From the NCBI RefSeq assembly GCF_009914755.1, contig NC_060932.1: DNA of 64,000 bases; one strand, given 5' to 3'. Under the pieces are notes generated by a model. It was not told where the DNA came from. It worked only from the letters and a program-made list of their open reading frames with translations, and searched no databases. The stretch is from the human T2T-CHM13v2.0 reference genome, Homo sapiens. The position numbers and the translations under genes were made by a program. This document shows, piece after piece, positions 11,893-26,475 of this stretch. Positions within the stretch are counted from its first letter, which is position 1, and each line of letters begins with the position of its first letter.

Positions 11893-12654
11893 TATTATGA
11901 CAATAAAACAATATAACTTATAAAATAATGTAAACTCTGAATGTTGATTTAAAACAAAATAGTAATAGAAATACATTGAGGAGATAAAAAGAAAGATGTC
12001 TCTATGTGTTGGGTGTGTTTCTGTGTGTGTGTGTGTGTCGTGAGTGTTATAAAAGAACTAAATCCTACCTTTCAACTGAAGAATCAAAAAATAGCAGTGT
12101 AAGCACATTATTTGAAACATAGAGACAAAAGTCAGAGAAAAACAATATGAACAATTAGAAGGGTTTGGCTTTGGAAATGGGGAATGCAATTGGGAGCAGG
12201 TTGGTGACGAGGCAGAAGACAGCTGTTTTATGATAAGCCTTATAGCATTGTTAAATCTATGTACATATATGACTTTGACAAAAATAGAAATCGATGTTTT
12301 GAAAGTATACTTTTAAATGTACTTTTTAAAAAAAGTAACACCTACAATGTAAAGAACAGTATATGATAATTGTGGATGGTAAAGGAGAGTTATACAAAAT
12401 GGAAGCTTTGTTCTCAAGTATTAGAGCTCTGTATCGTTTAGAATTTAGATTCAGCCCCTGTTATAGAGACCTCCAAAATAAGGCAGAAGTTTATTTTTTT
12501 TTCCCATGCAACATTCAGCTCAAGGCTAGTAAACAAGACTCATGCTTAGGAATTTAGAATCCTTTCATCCTTCTCCTGCCATCAATACACAGATCAATAC
12601 CCAAGTCATTCTTGGTTTCCTTGGATACTTTGTCTCTGTAGGATTCCTTATGTA

Positions 12655-12904
12655 GAAGAAACAGCATTGTGGTGAAATGAGTGTGGGCTTTAGAGCCAGA
12701 CAGCCCTGGGCTTGAATCCCAGCTCAATCAGTTATTAGCAGAGACAAATTGTTTATTAAACCCCTTGTTCTTCTATTTTCCCATCTTTAAGGCTAGACTA
12801 TCTCCTAATAGGGTTGTTGCAAAGATGAAAGAAAATAATACGTAAAACTAAACAATGGCGGCCATGAAGGAATTGGTCAATAAATTGGAGCTATACTATT
12901 ATTA
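12655..12904 (+). mobile_element. MIR
   Basis: gggctttagagccagacagccctgggcttgaatcccagctc..atagggttgttgcaaagat..caataaat..tattatta. Confidence 0.8.
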
Positions 12905-12934
12905 GCTAAAGTGGGGGTCTTAAGTGAAATAGTT

Positions 12935-13410
12935 AAAATGTAAATCTGGTCATGTGACTTTTAGAATCAGGTCTAAATTCCTTACCACAGCCTGCAAGAC
13001 CTCATGTGATCTGATTCTTGGCCACCATGCTTCACTCCACTCCACCAAAGCAAACTCACATCTTAGGCTCAGGCTCTTGCTGTTTCCCCTGCCTGGAATT
13101 CCCCTCTCCTCAATTTACACATGACTTTCTATTTCATTTTATTCATATTTATGTAAAACATTACCTCCTCAGAAAGATATTTCCTAGCCATGCAGCTAAA
13201 ATAATAACCACCATCACATTGTCCCCTAAGTCTGGTTTCTATTTGATGCAAAGCACTCACCAATCTATAGAATTATACACTGTCTGTCTCTCCCAAGAGA
13301 ATGCGAGCCCCTTGAGGGTAAGGACCTTGTGATGTTCCACAGTTGTATCCTCAGCATCTAAAAATATGCCTGGCATATTGTAGGCCCTCAATCAAGGTAT
13401 GTTGCAGATG
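12935..13410 (+). mobile_element. L2a 3' end
   Basis: tgctgtttcccctgcctggaat; acctcctcagaaag; agaatgcgagccccttgagggtaaggacc; tgcctggcatattgtaggccctcaa. Confidence 0.85.
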
Positions 13411-14905
13411 CAGTACTCAGCCTCATTTAGACATGTATACATTGCACCCATTCCTACTCCGGATCATTACGGTGAAAATGAATTTCAGCAGAAAAGAGAA
13501 GCAGGTGAGGCAGGAAGTGAGGAATGAAGAGAAGCAGTGACTGAGGTTTGTATTTGTGTTCTATGAAAGGAAAGCATCAACCTTGGAATGAGGCCCATTA
13601 GCTCTGAGGCAATAACCCCTTCATCTGGTGTTTGCTTTGAGTGCCCTATTTCTTGGCTTTGTGGGAATGATTTCTACAGTACCAAACAGAGCTTTGAATC
13701 CATGCTCTCAACACTAAAAAGTGGCGAAACATTGTTCCTCTGGGGTGAGATGTTCTGGTCCAGCTGTCTATATGGATCAAATAAATTATTTACTGACCAA
13801 GATATCTTTCGTTTTATACTGGACAGTTTGTACTTAACAAAGACTTATGAAACCGAAGAGAGATATGGAAAGTTAAAAAATATCCCTTTAGAACAGAAAC
13901 AGCTTTAGTGTTTGGACATAGTTAATTTAAACACACGTGTTTGATATAAACAAATGAAAGATTTTCTTTACTCTTACCAAATGTTGTTAACCTGGAACCA
14001 TGAACAGAGACTGAGAAAACTGTAACCTTGCACTTCAAAATTATCCAAAAAGACAAAAAGGTAAAATATAAAGTATAAAATTCAGAGCAAAAATTAAATA
14101 AATGGTTCCCACAAATTCCCTAATGTAAACATTTTCCCTGTTAATAAACATAATTTTAAAAGCAAGAATTGAGATGGTTTGCCTTTTGGCCAACTGAAAT
14201 GTCAGCTTTTTCATATAAGTTTGAAAATCATACTTAACACAATCAGTGCTTTACATAAACAGGAGACACTTATGAAATAATATTGATTAATTGACCCAAC
14301 AGATGTTCACTTTAACTTTCTAGATTAAATTAGACACATATGGATGAAAAAAATCTAATGCTTTCCTATACTGGCTAATATGACTTAAATTTATCTCATG
14401 TTACTCCACAATCCATTTATGCTTTACCTCTTGATTTTGCCTGGTAGCTTTTTTATTTTAAAAATCCTAAGGTGTTACCAACTAATGAACACAAAGCTTT
14501 ATTCCTCTGATAGATATAGCATCAGCTCAAACATGCTTAAAATCCTATGTCATATGATATTTCACTCTCCTCTTAGCACCCCTCTACCCAGGTTCCCTGC
14601 TTGGCCAACTCCACACATAGAGGGTGATAAACCACTTCTTTGGTTTTTAGTGCTTGACATCAACTGACCCAGCAGTCATCAGGCTTCCTCTCCATGAAAA
14701 CCTAAAAGCTGCTATTGAGCAGAATTTGAAGAGGGAGTAAACCTTGTATTACTTCTCTAATTCCAACTATGATGCAGAAGAGTTTCCTCACCTAAGTCAT
14801 ATTTTTTTCTATAATGTGTATTTGAAGCATCTAGCAGTATAATATTCAAGTCTCCTCAGTAATTTCTAGAAAACATTTGTTTGTAAAGTACTGTCAGAAA
14901 AATTA

Positions 14906-15949
<1,044 letters not shown>

Positions 15950-16054
15950 CATCTGCTCATGTGATTTCTACTACAAGAATCCTACTAACAGAAGAATCCT
16001 GGGATGAACTCATATTTTAATAAGGGATGGTTTCAAATGCCTTCTTTTCTCTAG

Positions 16055-16396
16055 AACAGTTTTTCTCAAATGTGATCTATGAAGCCTCTGCATCAGAATC
16101 ACCTGAGGAGTATCTCAAAATTACAGATTCCTGGCCCCATCTTGTCTCCACTGAAGACAGTGTCTGAGAGAAAACCTGGAAATTTGCACTTTCACAAAGA
16201 GCATCTGCTGATTATTATGTGTGTGTGTATGTGTGTGTTTCCAATTTATTTTTTTTAGCTTGAGGTATAATTGACAAATAAAAATTATACATATCCAAGG
16301 TACACAGTGTGTTGTTTGGATATAGGTATACATTATGAAATGATTACCACAATGGAGCTCACAGAATTACCCTTTTTAAATTTCAGAACCACCTGC
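16055..16396. mobile_element. MER5-family DNA transposon interrupted by (TG)n and an antisense L1MA/MB 3' tip (about 16243-16360)
   Basis: ttctcaaatgtg..tgcatcagaatcacctgagg..cagattcctggccccat. L1 tip: gaggtataattgacaaataaaaatt..aaatgattaccacaat. Confidence 0.7.
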
Positions 16397-16403
16397 TTTA
16401 GGT

Positions 16404-16480
16404 CAGTGGTCTCCCAAGTGGAGTGCACATGACAATGGGGTGGGGGAAGAAAATACAAGAAAATTCTATTTCTATCAATT
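16404..16480. mobile_element. Charlie15-like hAT fragment
   Basis: cagtggtctcccaagtggagtgcaca..ggggtgggggaagaaaata..ttctattt resembles the recalled consensus start. Confidence 0.4.
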
Positions 16481-17231
16481 TTTATGTCATTCTTTTATAA
16501 TTGAGTTTGGGGGTCAAGCCTATCAGTGAGAACATTGTGAGAAAAAGAAAAGAAAAATTGTAATGTGTTCTGGAAATTACAAATAGTATGGTGCTCTTGT
16601 AAGACAAAAAAGCAGATGGGATGTGGCAAGAAATGAAGATAGAAACAGACATGAAGTGGTGAGTCGAAGCATATACACAAGCTGAGCAAATGCCCCAAGC
16701 ATGGCACAGCAAGACAAGCTGGCCTCTGGTCCATAAGGTATCCTGAAAAGAGCCTGACCTTTGTTTTCCCAGGATTGGGCTCAGTTCCTGGTTTGACCAT
16801 AGAACAGCTGATGCCATGCAGGAAACTCTTAGTGTTTCTGAGTCCCACTTGTTAGAAAAAATATGTTTAATATCAATTCCTGCAGCCACTGTCTAACAAA
16901 TTCTCATAAGCATTGAGTATGAGGGTCTTTAGGTTACGTATTAGCACTGATTCCTAAAAGTGTGTCTTCATGTCATGTAAGTCTGTGATTGTATATGTCT
17001 CAACACACCACAATGCTAAGATAGGAAATATAATTTTTTAACAAAAACATTATTACATAAACACACAATTTTCATCTGTTTATCAAAATTGACTCTTTAC
17101 CTAAAGCAAAGTCTATGGTATGATTTAATCAAGCTTTCTCCTGGTCATGTTATTATTCAGATCCATATTTCTTGTAAACTGACTTTAACGGAGAGGCTAG
17201 TGACAGCTCATATGCCCTACCCCCTCTTCTT

Positions 17232-17525
17232 TTTTTTTTTTTTTGAGACGGAGTCTCGCTCTGTTGCCCAGGCCGGACTGCAGTGGCGCTGTCTTGGCTC
17301 ACCGCAAGCTCCGCCTCCTGGGTTCACGCCATTCTCCTGCCTCAGCCTCCTGAGTAGCTGGGATTACAGGCGCCTGCCAACACGTCCGGCTAATTTTTTG
17401 TATTTTTAGTAGAGACGGGGTTTCACCGTGTTAGCCAAGATGGTCTCGACCTCCTGACCTCGTGATCCGCCCCCCTCGGCTTCCCAAAGTGCTGGGATTA
17501 CAGGCGTGAGCCACCGCGCCCGGCC
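17232..17525 (-). mobile_element. AluY (possibly AluYe lineage)
   Basis: AluY diagnostics gcaagctccgcctcc, gttcacgccattc and ccgtgttagcca; CpG-rich. TSD ccctcttctt at 17222-17231 and 17528-17537. Confidence 0.95.
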
Positions 17526-18309
17526 GTCCCTCTTCTTAATAAGAGTTGATGGTATTAAGTCTTACTGTAAAGAGCTAATTTGGAAACATAATGATTAAAT
17601 GAGAGTAGCTGAATGTACCCCTTCAGCTGGTCAAATTAAAAGTACTCAATGTTTGAGGAGAGTGAGATGCACGGTCCAGAGGCTATCTTATTCTCTAGGA
17701 ATAATTTTATAATCAGTGTAACCTAATAGCAGGATAAAATCTTCAGTGTGATTTTAACTGTTAGAAAATCATCCCCCCTCCTTTCAAACCCTTCTTCCTA
17801 CCCCAATCCCTACGCTACTTGAAATTCATCAAAACTTTAACACAGTGTGTGAGATTATAACTTTATTTCTGTTAATATGCTCTTATTTCAAAATATTATT
17901 TCTTTGGGAACCTTTCAGGTAATCTACCTTTTGGGGTTAACTAGATAACTAGCTATATTTCATTCTAGCACATGGTTGAGATGTGAGTCACACCAAGGGA
18001 TTTAGGAGTATTGTTGATGGACAGAAAGTGGAAGTAATTAAGGAGCAAGAGGAAGTTGGGGAGGACAGCCAACTTTGAGACTTTGAGTAGCCAAAGACAG
18101 TATTGAAGATTCTGGGATATTTTGGAAGCAGATTGAGGGCTTGAGGAAAATAAGATCTGTGCTTATATAGAATATCCTTTACCTATACACTAATATCATC
18201 AAATACCCTTTTCCAGATATACCTAACTTGGTTATCCCTTTGGAATAGTGAGAGCTCTTTCCCAAATTAGTGACTGGTGCTTCAGTTTGAGTGCAGAATT
18301 CTCTAATTT

Positions 18310-18815
18310 CCAAGTAACAGCAGCAACAACAATAACAGCAATGACACCAATAATAGTAACTATCATTCATTGAGAAGGCATCACGACAGAGTGTTAAGAT
18401 CATAGATGTTAGCCAGATTGCCTCGCTTTGTCACTGTTGCCCTGGGCAAGGTTCTGAACATTTTCTGCCTCAATTTCCTAATCTGTGAAGTAGCACCTCT
18501 TCATAGGATCATAATGAGGATTCAGTGTGTATGTAAAGTACATAGTGTTCTGTCTGGCATACTGTAAGTACTCAGTAAATGTTAGCCATTCCTGTTGAGT
18601 GTTAATCAGATCCTAGATCCTATACTAAGTCCTTTTCCAACATTAATATGATCCACAGGGTGAGCCTATTACATTATTTTAGATGGAGACAATTAAATTC
18701 AAAGAGCCTGGGTTATTGATCAACATTACACAAACAGAGATGGAGGAAAGATTCCAGCCCAACTCTGACTGATGCAGAGTCCAAGATCTGAGCAAGTATG
18801 CTCTCCTGCAGTGTT
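18310..18815. mobile_element. Cluster of MIR fragments on both strands
   Basis: ctgggcaagg..tctgcctcaatttcctaatctgtgaa..gtactcagtaaatgttagc on +; cattattttagatggagac..ccaactctgact on -. Confidence 0.7.
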
Positions 18816-18878
18816 GTGTGAGGTGCTGATAATGACATAGAGAAATCACCAAGTTCCCCATATGTTAAGTAAGAAGTA

Positions 18879-18935
18879 TTAGGTTGGTGCGAAAGTAATT
18901 GTGGTTTTTGCCATTAAAAGCAATGGCAAATTACT
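18879..18935. mobile_element. MADE1 (Hsmar1-derived MITE), second terminal repeat largely deleted
   Basis: TA followed by ttaggttggtgcgaaagtaattgtggtttttgccattaaaagcaatggcaaa. Confidence 0.9.
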
Positions 18936-21462
18936 ATAGAATAACTCTGTGCTACTGGATCTATTATATTCCCCCACTGCCTTGAGGTGGGGTTCACAGG
19001 GTAATGCTAGGTAGCTTCAGCCAGTTTCTTCTGGAAAACAAATTGATCCCTTACTTACTCTTTGCTTACCGACTTAACCCAAAATTCTCTGAAAAAAAAT
19101 AGAAATTTCTTTCTCTGTGTCTAGAATATTTATGCCATAACCACTACATATATTTGGCTATACTTCAGATAAAGATACAGATTCGTGCACTGCAATTTTT
19201 CTTGATGAGTGGAAACAAAATATTTTCCTCCCAATATTTAAATGTATCAAAACATAGGATCCAGGTAGATACAACCCAGCCAGTTTCTTCCCTGCAGCCT
19301 TCAACTTTTAGCACAAATGCCAAAGAGCAAGCTAGAAAATTAGAGAAAATCCAATTCACCCTACAGAAATTGGTTCTGGAAAGAGATGACCAATAATCAG
19401 ATGGTGCTTAACTACCAAGCATTTTGTACAACTAAGAAGTGGATAAGCTGCTTTCTCTCAAAAAATCCGGGTCTGAAGCAAAATATCCAATATTTATAAT
19501 GCCCACATGCAGTAGCTACTTCAGAGCTATCACCTGAATGAAAGCTAGAAATTCTGATTCTTCACCTAGAAATGATTGCTACAGGCAAAACACTAGGAAA
19601 TGGGAAATGGATATTTCACTGTGGACAACTTTAGACTGTGTACTCAGTTAACTGTGTATCTCCCTCTGGAAGCTTCCTTCAATCCCCAGGTCTGGCCTCA
19701 ACAGCCACATTTATACCCTGTGACCCTATGTCTCTGGAAATGGTAGTTTGATCCAACAGTGGACCAATAAAACTGGGTCAATCAGAGCCATACACGTAGG
19801 AACTGGTCTACAAATGCAACTGGACCATTGACATGCAAATACAGGAATTGTGGGATGGCCAGATGTGGTTAGGGGGCATCTTCTATTTCTATTTCCTGGA
19901 ACTTGGTTTCTATTCCTTGAAACAAAGAAGGCTGGCTCTTAGACAGATGGGTGATGAAAGCAGTGATTGAAGGTTAGAGAAGAGACACAAGGAGATCAAG
20001 CTACCTCTTGGGGACCTCTTTCCAGCAGAATGCCCATTCATGGACCAAACAGGAAAAATGCAAGACAGATCCATTGATGGACCTGTTAAGAGTTAAAGTA
20101 TAAAAGCCAGTCATTAAATCCATTGATCATGCCCTGTAACTTACATATATGTTAAATGTATTCTTTGGTATATATCAAATATTTGTTAGTTTATTTAAAA
20201 AATTAAAAATTAAATATTCCACTTCTTCTAGTAAATAGTCTTTTTTGCTCTTACAAACGTGACCCACTATTTAAAATGATATTCTTGAGGTATGAGCTGT
20301 GTAGTATATATATGGGCTTTAGAAACTGAATCTTATTTTATATGCACAGGAAATACTTCATTGAATGAATCCAGGCATAAAAAATTTAGCCCAATTACCA
20401 CAATTCAGTATTGTTAAGCTATCAAAGCAAGTCATGTAATTTTCATCAGTTTTATGCATATTCAAGAATATACAATAACAGTAGGAAATACCCATTTCTA
20501 CAGTGAACTAATTAGAGAGAAAAATTCTGTTTGAATTCATCAACTGGGAATTTTTTTTAGATTAATTATTGATGAATTGTTCATCAGGTGCACATAAGAC
20601 CACAGTGATAAGATTTATCTTAAATTTCAAAAGTGCTTTATTTACAGTAGCTCTAAATGATGAATCATATTACAAGTAAGATTCTGTTGGGGATAGTTTT
20701 TTCTTAACTATACTCGAAATATTGATCCATAGTAAACTTGGTGACATTATTTATCCCTCATGAATTTTTTCAGAAAATTATACAGCACTTACTAGTTATC
20801 CAAGCAAAGAAAAATATAGAATAAAACCTCCTGAGAAAACACTGGAGGAAGGGAGATGGAAAGAGGTAAATTAATTAAAGAATCTATTTCAATTCTTCAT
20901 TTTATGTTGAGTATTAATGTAGATATAACTCAATATTAAGTACCATTCTTATGTATATCTGAAGTTTATAGCTAGGTATATTTCATTATTTTATAAGCAG
21001 TATGTATCACTATTTTAAATTTATTGCAACAAACAGCAATTCCTTCTTTACTTATTGTTTTCTTTTTTCTTCTTTTCAATTTCTCCAAATTTCCTTTACT
21101 CATAAGTTTAGAAAGTAGATAAGGCATTGAAGATATTTACAGGAAAATTGTGTCCACCCCTACTTCAGATTATAATATACTTGAGAAAACAACTGGGTCC
21201 CTTGAAGGACTGAATAAGCACTAGGGATGGAATGAACTCATTAGAAGTCAGAGACAGCCTACAAGATTACAGCCACAGGGTCCCAGGCTGGGAACCTTGG
21301 ATAACTTCAGCTAACATGAAACTAACTTTCTATTCCCTGGAAGTTGCTGAAAGCTTAGATGTTTTGTACGTTGTTTTGGCTTTTTCAAAAGAGTAGTTGA
21401 GCTTACAAACCTTAAATAATGCCACGAAGTGTGAATCTTCAAATGCTAGAAATGATGAAATA

Positions 21463-21809
21463 CAGTCATGTGTCACTTAATAACTGGTACACATTCTGAG
21501 AAATGCATCCTGAGGCGATTTCATTGGTATATAAATATCATAGAGTGCACTTACACAAACCTAGATGGTGCAGCCTACAATACACTGAGACTATACAGTT
21601 ATAGCCCATGATTTCTAGGCAACAAATTCATGCAGCATGTTACTCTATTGAATACCATAAGGCAGTGGCAACACAATGAAAGTATTTGTGTAACTAAACA
21701 TGTGTAAGCAGAAAAGGGACAATAAAAATGCAGTGTTATAATCTTACAGGACTGCCGTCATGTATGCAGTCTGCCATTAATGGAAATGTCATTATGTGGA
21801 ACACAACTG
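21463..21809. mobile_element. Tigger3a (MER7A), full length
   Basis: cagtcatgtgtcacttaa..ttctgagaaatgc..cttacacaaacctagatggt..cacaactg, with TA on both flanks. Confidence 0.9.
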
Positions 21810-22076
21810 TAAAAACAAACCATCTGAAAAATGTTGAGTGAATTCCAATGGAATCGCTCATAGCCTGCTCCCACATGTATTACATCAAATTGTTTTAGGT
21901 ATTTACCTTAAAACTATTGAAGATCTGTTAGAACATGGAGAATTTGTTTGCTATTATATCATTTCCTTTTCTTCTCTTCTTCGGTATGTATTAGAGTGAC
22001 AGAAAAGAAGTATAATCATCGAGAAAACTTGGAACATGCATGAACTATTGTTTTGACCATTTTACCATGGGTGAGG

Positions 22077-22512
22077 TATGGTGGCTATGGTGAGGCCAGA
22101 TGCAGGTCAAGAGAGAAAAAGCACGGTTTTTATAGTTTTGTTATACTCACAGTTTCCTAGGGAGAACACTATACAGGGCCACTCAGGGGTTGGTCAAGAA
22201 GCAGAGGCAGGAAGAACAACTTTTAATTGTGGTTTCTGCAGGAAGAAACAGACAAGGCATGGTAAACAGGTTTAGAATTGGCTACTTTGAATACTATCAG
22301 CAGGTTCTGGGGCACAGGGGCTGTCCCTGGTTATCTGGTACCTGGCCCTGGGGTGATTGGAGCTCATTGATAGTGACCCAAATTAGAAAAGACCAAGAAG
22401 GGAGGTGGTTGGAGTTTTGGATTTAATCAGCTTCTCTAGAAGAAAAACTGACTAGCCTCAAGCCAGGATCTCCAAACTGAGTTAGGACAGTGCTTATAAA
22501 AACCGTACTGCA
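22077..22512 (-). mobile_element. ERVL solo LTR (LTR52/MER76-like)
   Basis: atggtgaggcca..atactcacagtt..aggggctgtccctggttatctggtacctggccctggggtgatt. Confidence 0.7.
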
Positions 22513-24187
22513 CCTATACAACACATACACATAGAAGTAAATAGAAAAGCCTCAGGCTGCTACAATCAGAGAAGATGTCTCTTAAGAAAGACCGTGAGGC
22601 TGTTATTCCACCAATGTCAGAGTAAATGCAGGCAGGTTTTAATGTACAAGTTCCTTATGGATCAAATAGAGGGTGTAATGTTATTCTCCTGAAACATTGC
22701 TGCAAATTGGTAGAGATACAAAGGGCGAAAAAGGGGTTATCAACCAGAATTTCCAAAAATACAATTTTGTACAGTATATAAGCAAAAGCAAGTGCTTTTA
22801 ATGATTCACTTCACAAGCAATTTCTTTAAAATCTAACCATTGAGCAACTGCAGGAAGAGAAACTGAGGAATCCTCTACAAGAGATATTTAGAAATTTAAT
22901 CCATAGAAACAAGCATTGCAGCACGGACTGGCATGGGAGAAGGTCAGTGAGACAGAGGGAAAAAAGTGGATCAATGAACAAAGACAGCTGAAGACCCAGT
23001 TACAGACCCAATTACTAAAACCACCCCATAGTCCCACCTGCTGAGGGGTTTTACCACTCCCATAGGAGGACGTCAGGAAGTTTATGACAGAATTCCACTA
23101 AATTCATTTGCAATCCCTTGCTTAGATCTTCATTTTGTTGTTGTTTCCTGCATAGCAACTTCATACAATTCTTATCCCAGAGGGTGGTTTGATTATTCTT
23201 GACTTTTTATTTTGTTGTAATCATAAGTAATTTTTATTTTGTTAAAGATAAAAGTCTACTCAGAATTTCAGTACCCAGAATAAGCAGACCAACTGACATG
23301 CAATCCCTTAAATTAAGGAAACTGACTTTCGTAGTCAGGGCATTCCTCCTGTTTCCCATGGATCACTCATAGACCCAATGCTCAGTTGTTAGGAATGTAC
23401 ATGGTACCAGTAACTGTGAGAAATACTTGTTGAAAGTAAGATGCAATAGATTCATTCTGCCTTATACTGTTTTCATTACTCTTAACAAAATCTTAAGCTG
23501 CTCCAGAATGATCTTCAATTCATCAAGGTCAAAGATAACTTACTTTTTTCAGGCCCTTGGCCATAGGATCGAGGTAATGACACCCAATCCCAAGGGCAGC
23601 ATGTCTGAAAATGTAGAAAAGCTGATGTAGCTGGTCCCCAACCCAGACCAATTCAGAATACCTGTGGATAAGCATGGGGCTCTGCCTTATAACAAGCTCA
23701 TCTGGCGACATATTGCATTTGCAAAGAGAGCTCCTGCCCTCCAGCCTGAAGAAATGTTATGGCTCTTTTTGTTGTTTCTGAGCTGTCCCCTCCCAACACA
23801 GACTCAGGCTTTTTAGTATAAAAGGAAAAGGAAAAGGAAAGAAAGGAGGGGTTCAACTCTGTCACTACCCATTAGTGGCAAGTGTAACAAGAGTTAAGAC
23901 TTCGCAGTAATTTACTCAATGACACAGAACATGGTAGCCTGATGGGTAAAAACTTTTACCAAAATATACTCCTGAAATAAGGATCTGTCCAATATGCATT
24001 TGTTTCAAAGAGTCTCATGCCTGAACGTTTCTTTTAGATTTGAGTCTTCTTTATCCAGATGGTATTTGATTGACTTGAAGTTCTTCTCATCTTTCACTGT
24101 GTCACTTTTTCTGGAGGATCACTCACTTACACATATTAAGTGTGTTCTTTATTCCATCAACATAATAGTTTTCTTTTCTCAAATTTG

Positions 24188-24365
24188 ATGTGATATAACA
24201 GAAAATGAACTGGGCTAAGGAGACCCAGAATCTAGGCTTGCTTCTGTTCTTGAGTGCCTATGTCCAGTTAATTGAGTGAATTAACCTCAATTCTTTCTAC
24301 TACTCAGTTTTCCCATACACAAAATAGGGGAATTGGACTTGAAGTACCTTACAACTCTGAGATTT
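24188..24365 (+). mobile_element. MIR3/MIRc
   Basis: ggagacccagaatctagg..ctcagttttcccatacacaaaataggggaattggact..aactctgagatt. Confidence 0.6.
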
Positions 24366-25049
24366 AGCAAGTGAGTAAATGTCTAGTAGTCCTTAGAAAG
24401 TACAACACTGACTTCCTGAACTTTCCCTTCTGGGTGAGGAAAATTTGGGCATAAATTCAAAAAATGTGTTTTATGTCCCGATGGATGATTAAATCAACCC
24501 TGCCTGCATTTCTAGGATGACTCAGTTCCGCCTTACCTCCAGTACTGTTTTGTTCTCATGTGCTCCAAAGAAGTCAGTAAACCCAGAATATCAGGTCTCA
24601 TAAGCCAAAGACAACCTATAAATGAAGGCCAGAATTATCCCCTCTCTACTCTTGCAGCCAATCCAGGTGAAACCAGAGATTTTGTGTCTGATAGCCCAGC
24701 AAATATTAGAATGTCTCCTTGGCTATGAAATCACAAACTAAAAAATACTTAATTTCTGCGGCCTCATCAGCCATACCATCTAACTGGAGTCCCCTGAGGC
24801 TTTCCTCCCCAACCCGTCTCTTTCATTATACAGAAAGAGAAGGCAGGTGAGAAGTGACAGATGTCACCCTGCAAATATTCAGAATCTCCTGCTTTTAAAT
24901 TTGGAGGACAGTACTAAGCAGTGTTTAGGACTATTTTACCATAATCTGTGAACCATTTAAAATATATAACTGAATTATTATTATTATTGTTAATTAAATT
25001 CATATACCCAGATGCCAGAAAAGCCTCCACAATTTTTCATTTGATACTT

Positions 25050-25370
25050 ATTAGAATTATATGATCTAGATGGAAAGGGCCTCAGGTGCTAGGGTGAGAA
25101 GAGCTCAGCCCAGGGGTCAGAAGACATGGTCTGCTACTCTTCAATCAACTGCTGGGACGTTGGGCAGGACATAAGTTTTTTGAGCTTCCTCATGAGCAAA
25201 GCAAGAGGGTTGACTAGATGACCCCTAAGATCATTCTGGAGCTGAAGTTCCACGAAACTATGAGATCTACTAGTTTACAAAGGCGGGAATTGAAGCCTAA
25301 CAGGGTTGATTGAATTGCCTAAGGTCAACACAAAGCTGGACTTCAAGTGTCCTGACCTTTGGTCCATTTT
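25050..25370. mobile_element. Sense MIR3-like copy nested in an antisense MIR
   Basis: Sense 25082-25264 (ggggtcagaagac..gggttgactagatgacccctaaga) lies between antisense halves (tagatggaaagggcct; tttacaaaggcgggaattgaagccta..ttgcctaaggtca). Confidence 0.55.
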
Positions 25371-26244
25371 TTTTTCAATTAATCCAACTAATCCAATTCC
25401 ATGATTATATAAGAGTCCAGCAAACAAGGGGATTAAGGCTTGAAGAACAATTTATTTCTATATTATATGACTAACTGGTGGTAGGGTAAAGGTAGGAACA
25501 GAACTATTTTGCTTTTCAGTCCACAGATGTTGCCTCTAATGAATAGAGGTCAGCATTGACTAGAGAGAAAAAAGCTCATAAGTAGGATAGATGTAAGAGC
25601 ACAACTGATAGAGGAATGACCAATAAATTAGTTAGGAAAACAAGTGGAAACAATTTTTCTATAATTGGCTAGTGGTCATACAAAGAGTGAATACAGGAGA
25701 TGGATTAAAAAAGATCAATGTCATTAAACAGCATAGATACTAAACTGAGGTAACTTTTAGTTTATTATAAACTCTCCTTTAATCCAATTTCCCATTATAA
25801 GCATGCTTGTGAACTTGTTCAGTTCATAGAAACATTAATGCTAGAGATAAGACTAAAATAAATATAATCCCTAATTTCTATTTCAGTGTCTGACGGAGTC
25901 TTCAGATAGATGGTACACTACTACACACCATTATATTCATTACATAAATGGATTTCACAATGATTTATTCTCGGCTCCATCCTCTTACCTGCAAGTCATT
26001 TAGATATTGAAATGATACAATTGCTACCTCCAGTTTATTTCTTTTTTTAAGATTTTTATTGTTTCTCCAAAGAAAGCATTGTAAATTTGAATAATAATTA
26101 ATTCTAGTAGTTCTAGGCATAGCTTAGGATTCCCTCTTCCTGTCTACAGACTCTTCCTATAACTCATTTTCTAACATTTTTGGTGGCTGAGGGAAAAGGC
26201 AGTTTATGCTTTGGAAGGAGTAAGAGAAAGGTAAAGAAAGAGAA

Positions 26245-26475
26245 GCAGTAATTATTGCATACACTGCCTATCAGGCAATAAAGTGTGTTTATGTACATTT
26301 CTCATTTAATCCTCAGGATATCCCAGTGAGATTGGTGCTATTATTTCTACTTCACAGATGAAGAAAGATGAATTAAGATGTCAAATCACATAGTCATAAG
26401 GTCACATACTTTGTAAGTGACTTGGGAGACCAGAATTAAAGTTTGTATCTTTCTTTAGTTCTCATCCCATTACAT
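26245..26475 (-). mobile_element. MIR
   Basis: tctcatttaatcctca..tattatttctacttcacagatgaagaaa..aaggtcacatac. Confidence 0.8.

Larger units (their letters stand above)
8050..12290 (+). mobile_element. HAL1 (half-L1-related) in fragments, host to several insertions
   Basis: gccaaggatcactaggtatttgagaaa; ORF1-like gggtttccagattagaaag and aatgccttcaaaa; 3' end ataatgtaaactctgaatgttgatttaa, aaaaatagcagtgtaagca, tatgtacatatatgactttgacaaaaat. Confidence 0.7.

Noticed and set aside
25989-26186. Minus-strand donor/acceptor pair
   Set aside because: The AT-rich interval has no exon-like composition, and such pairs are expected by chance in 64 kb.
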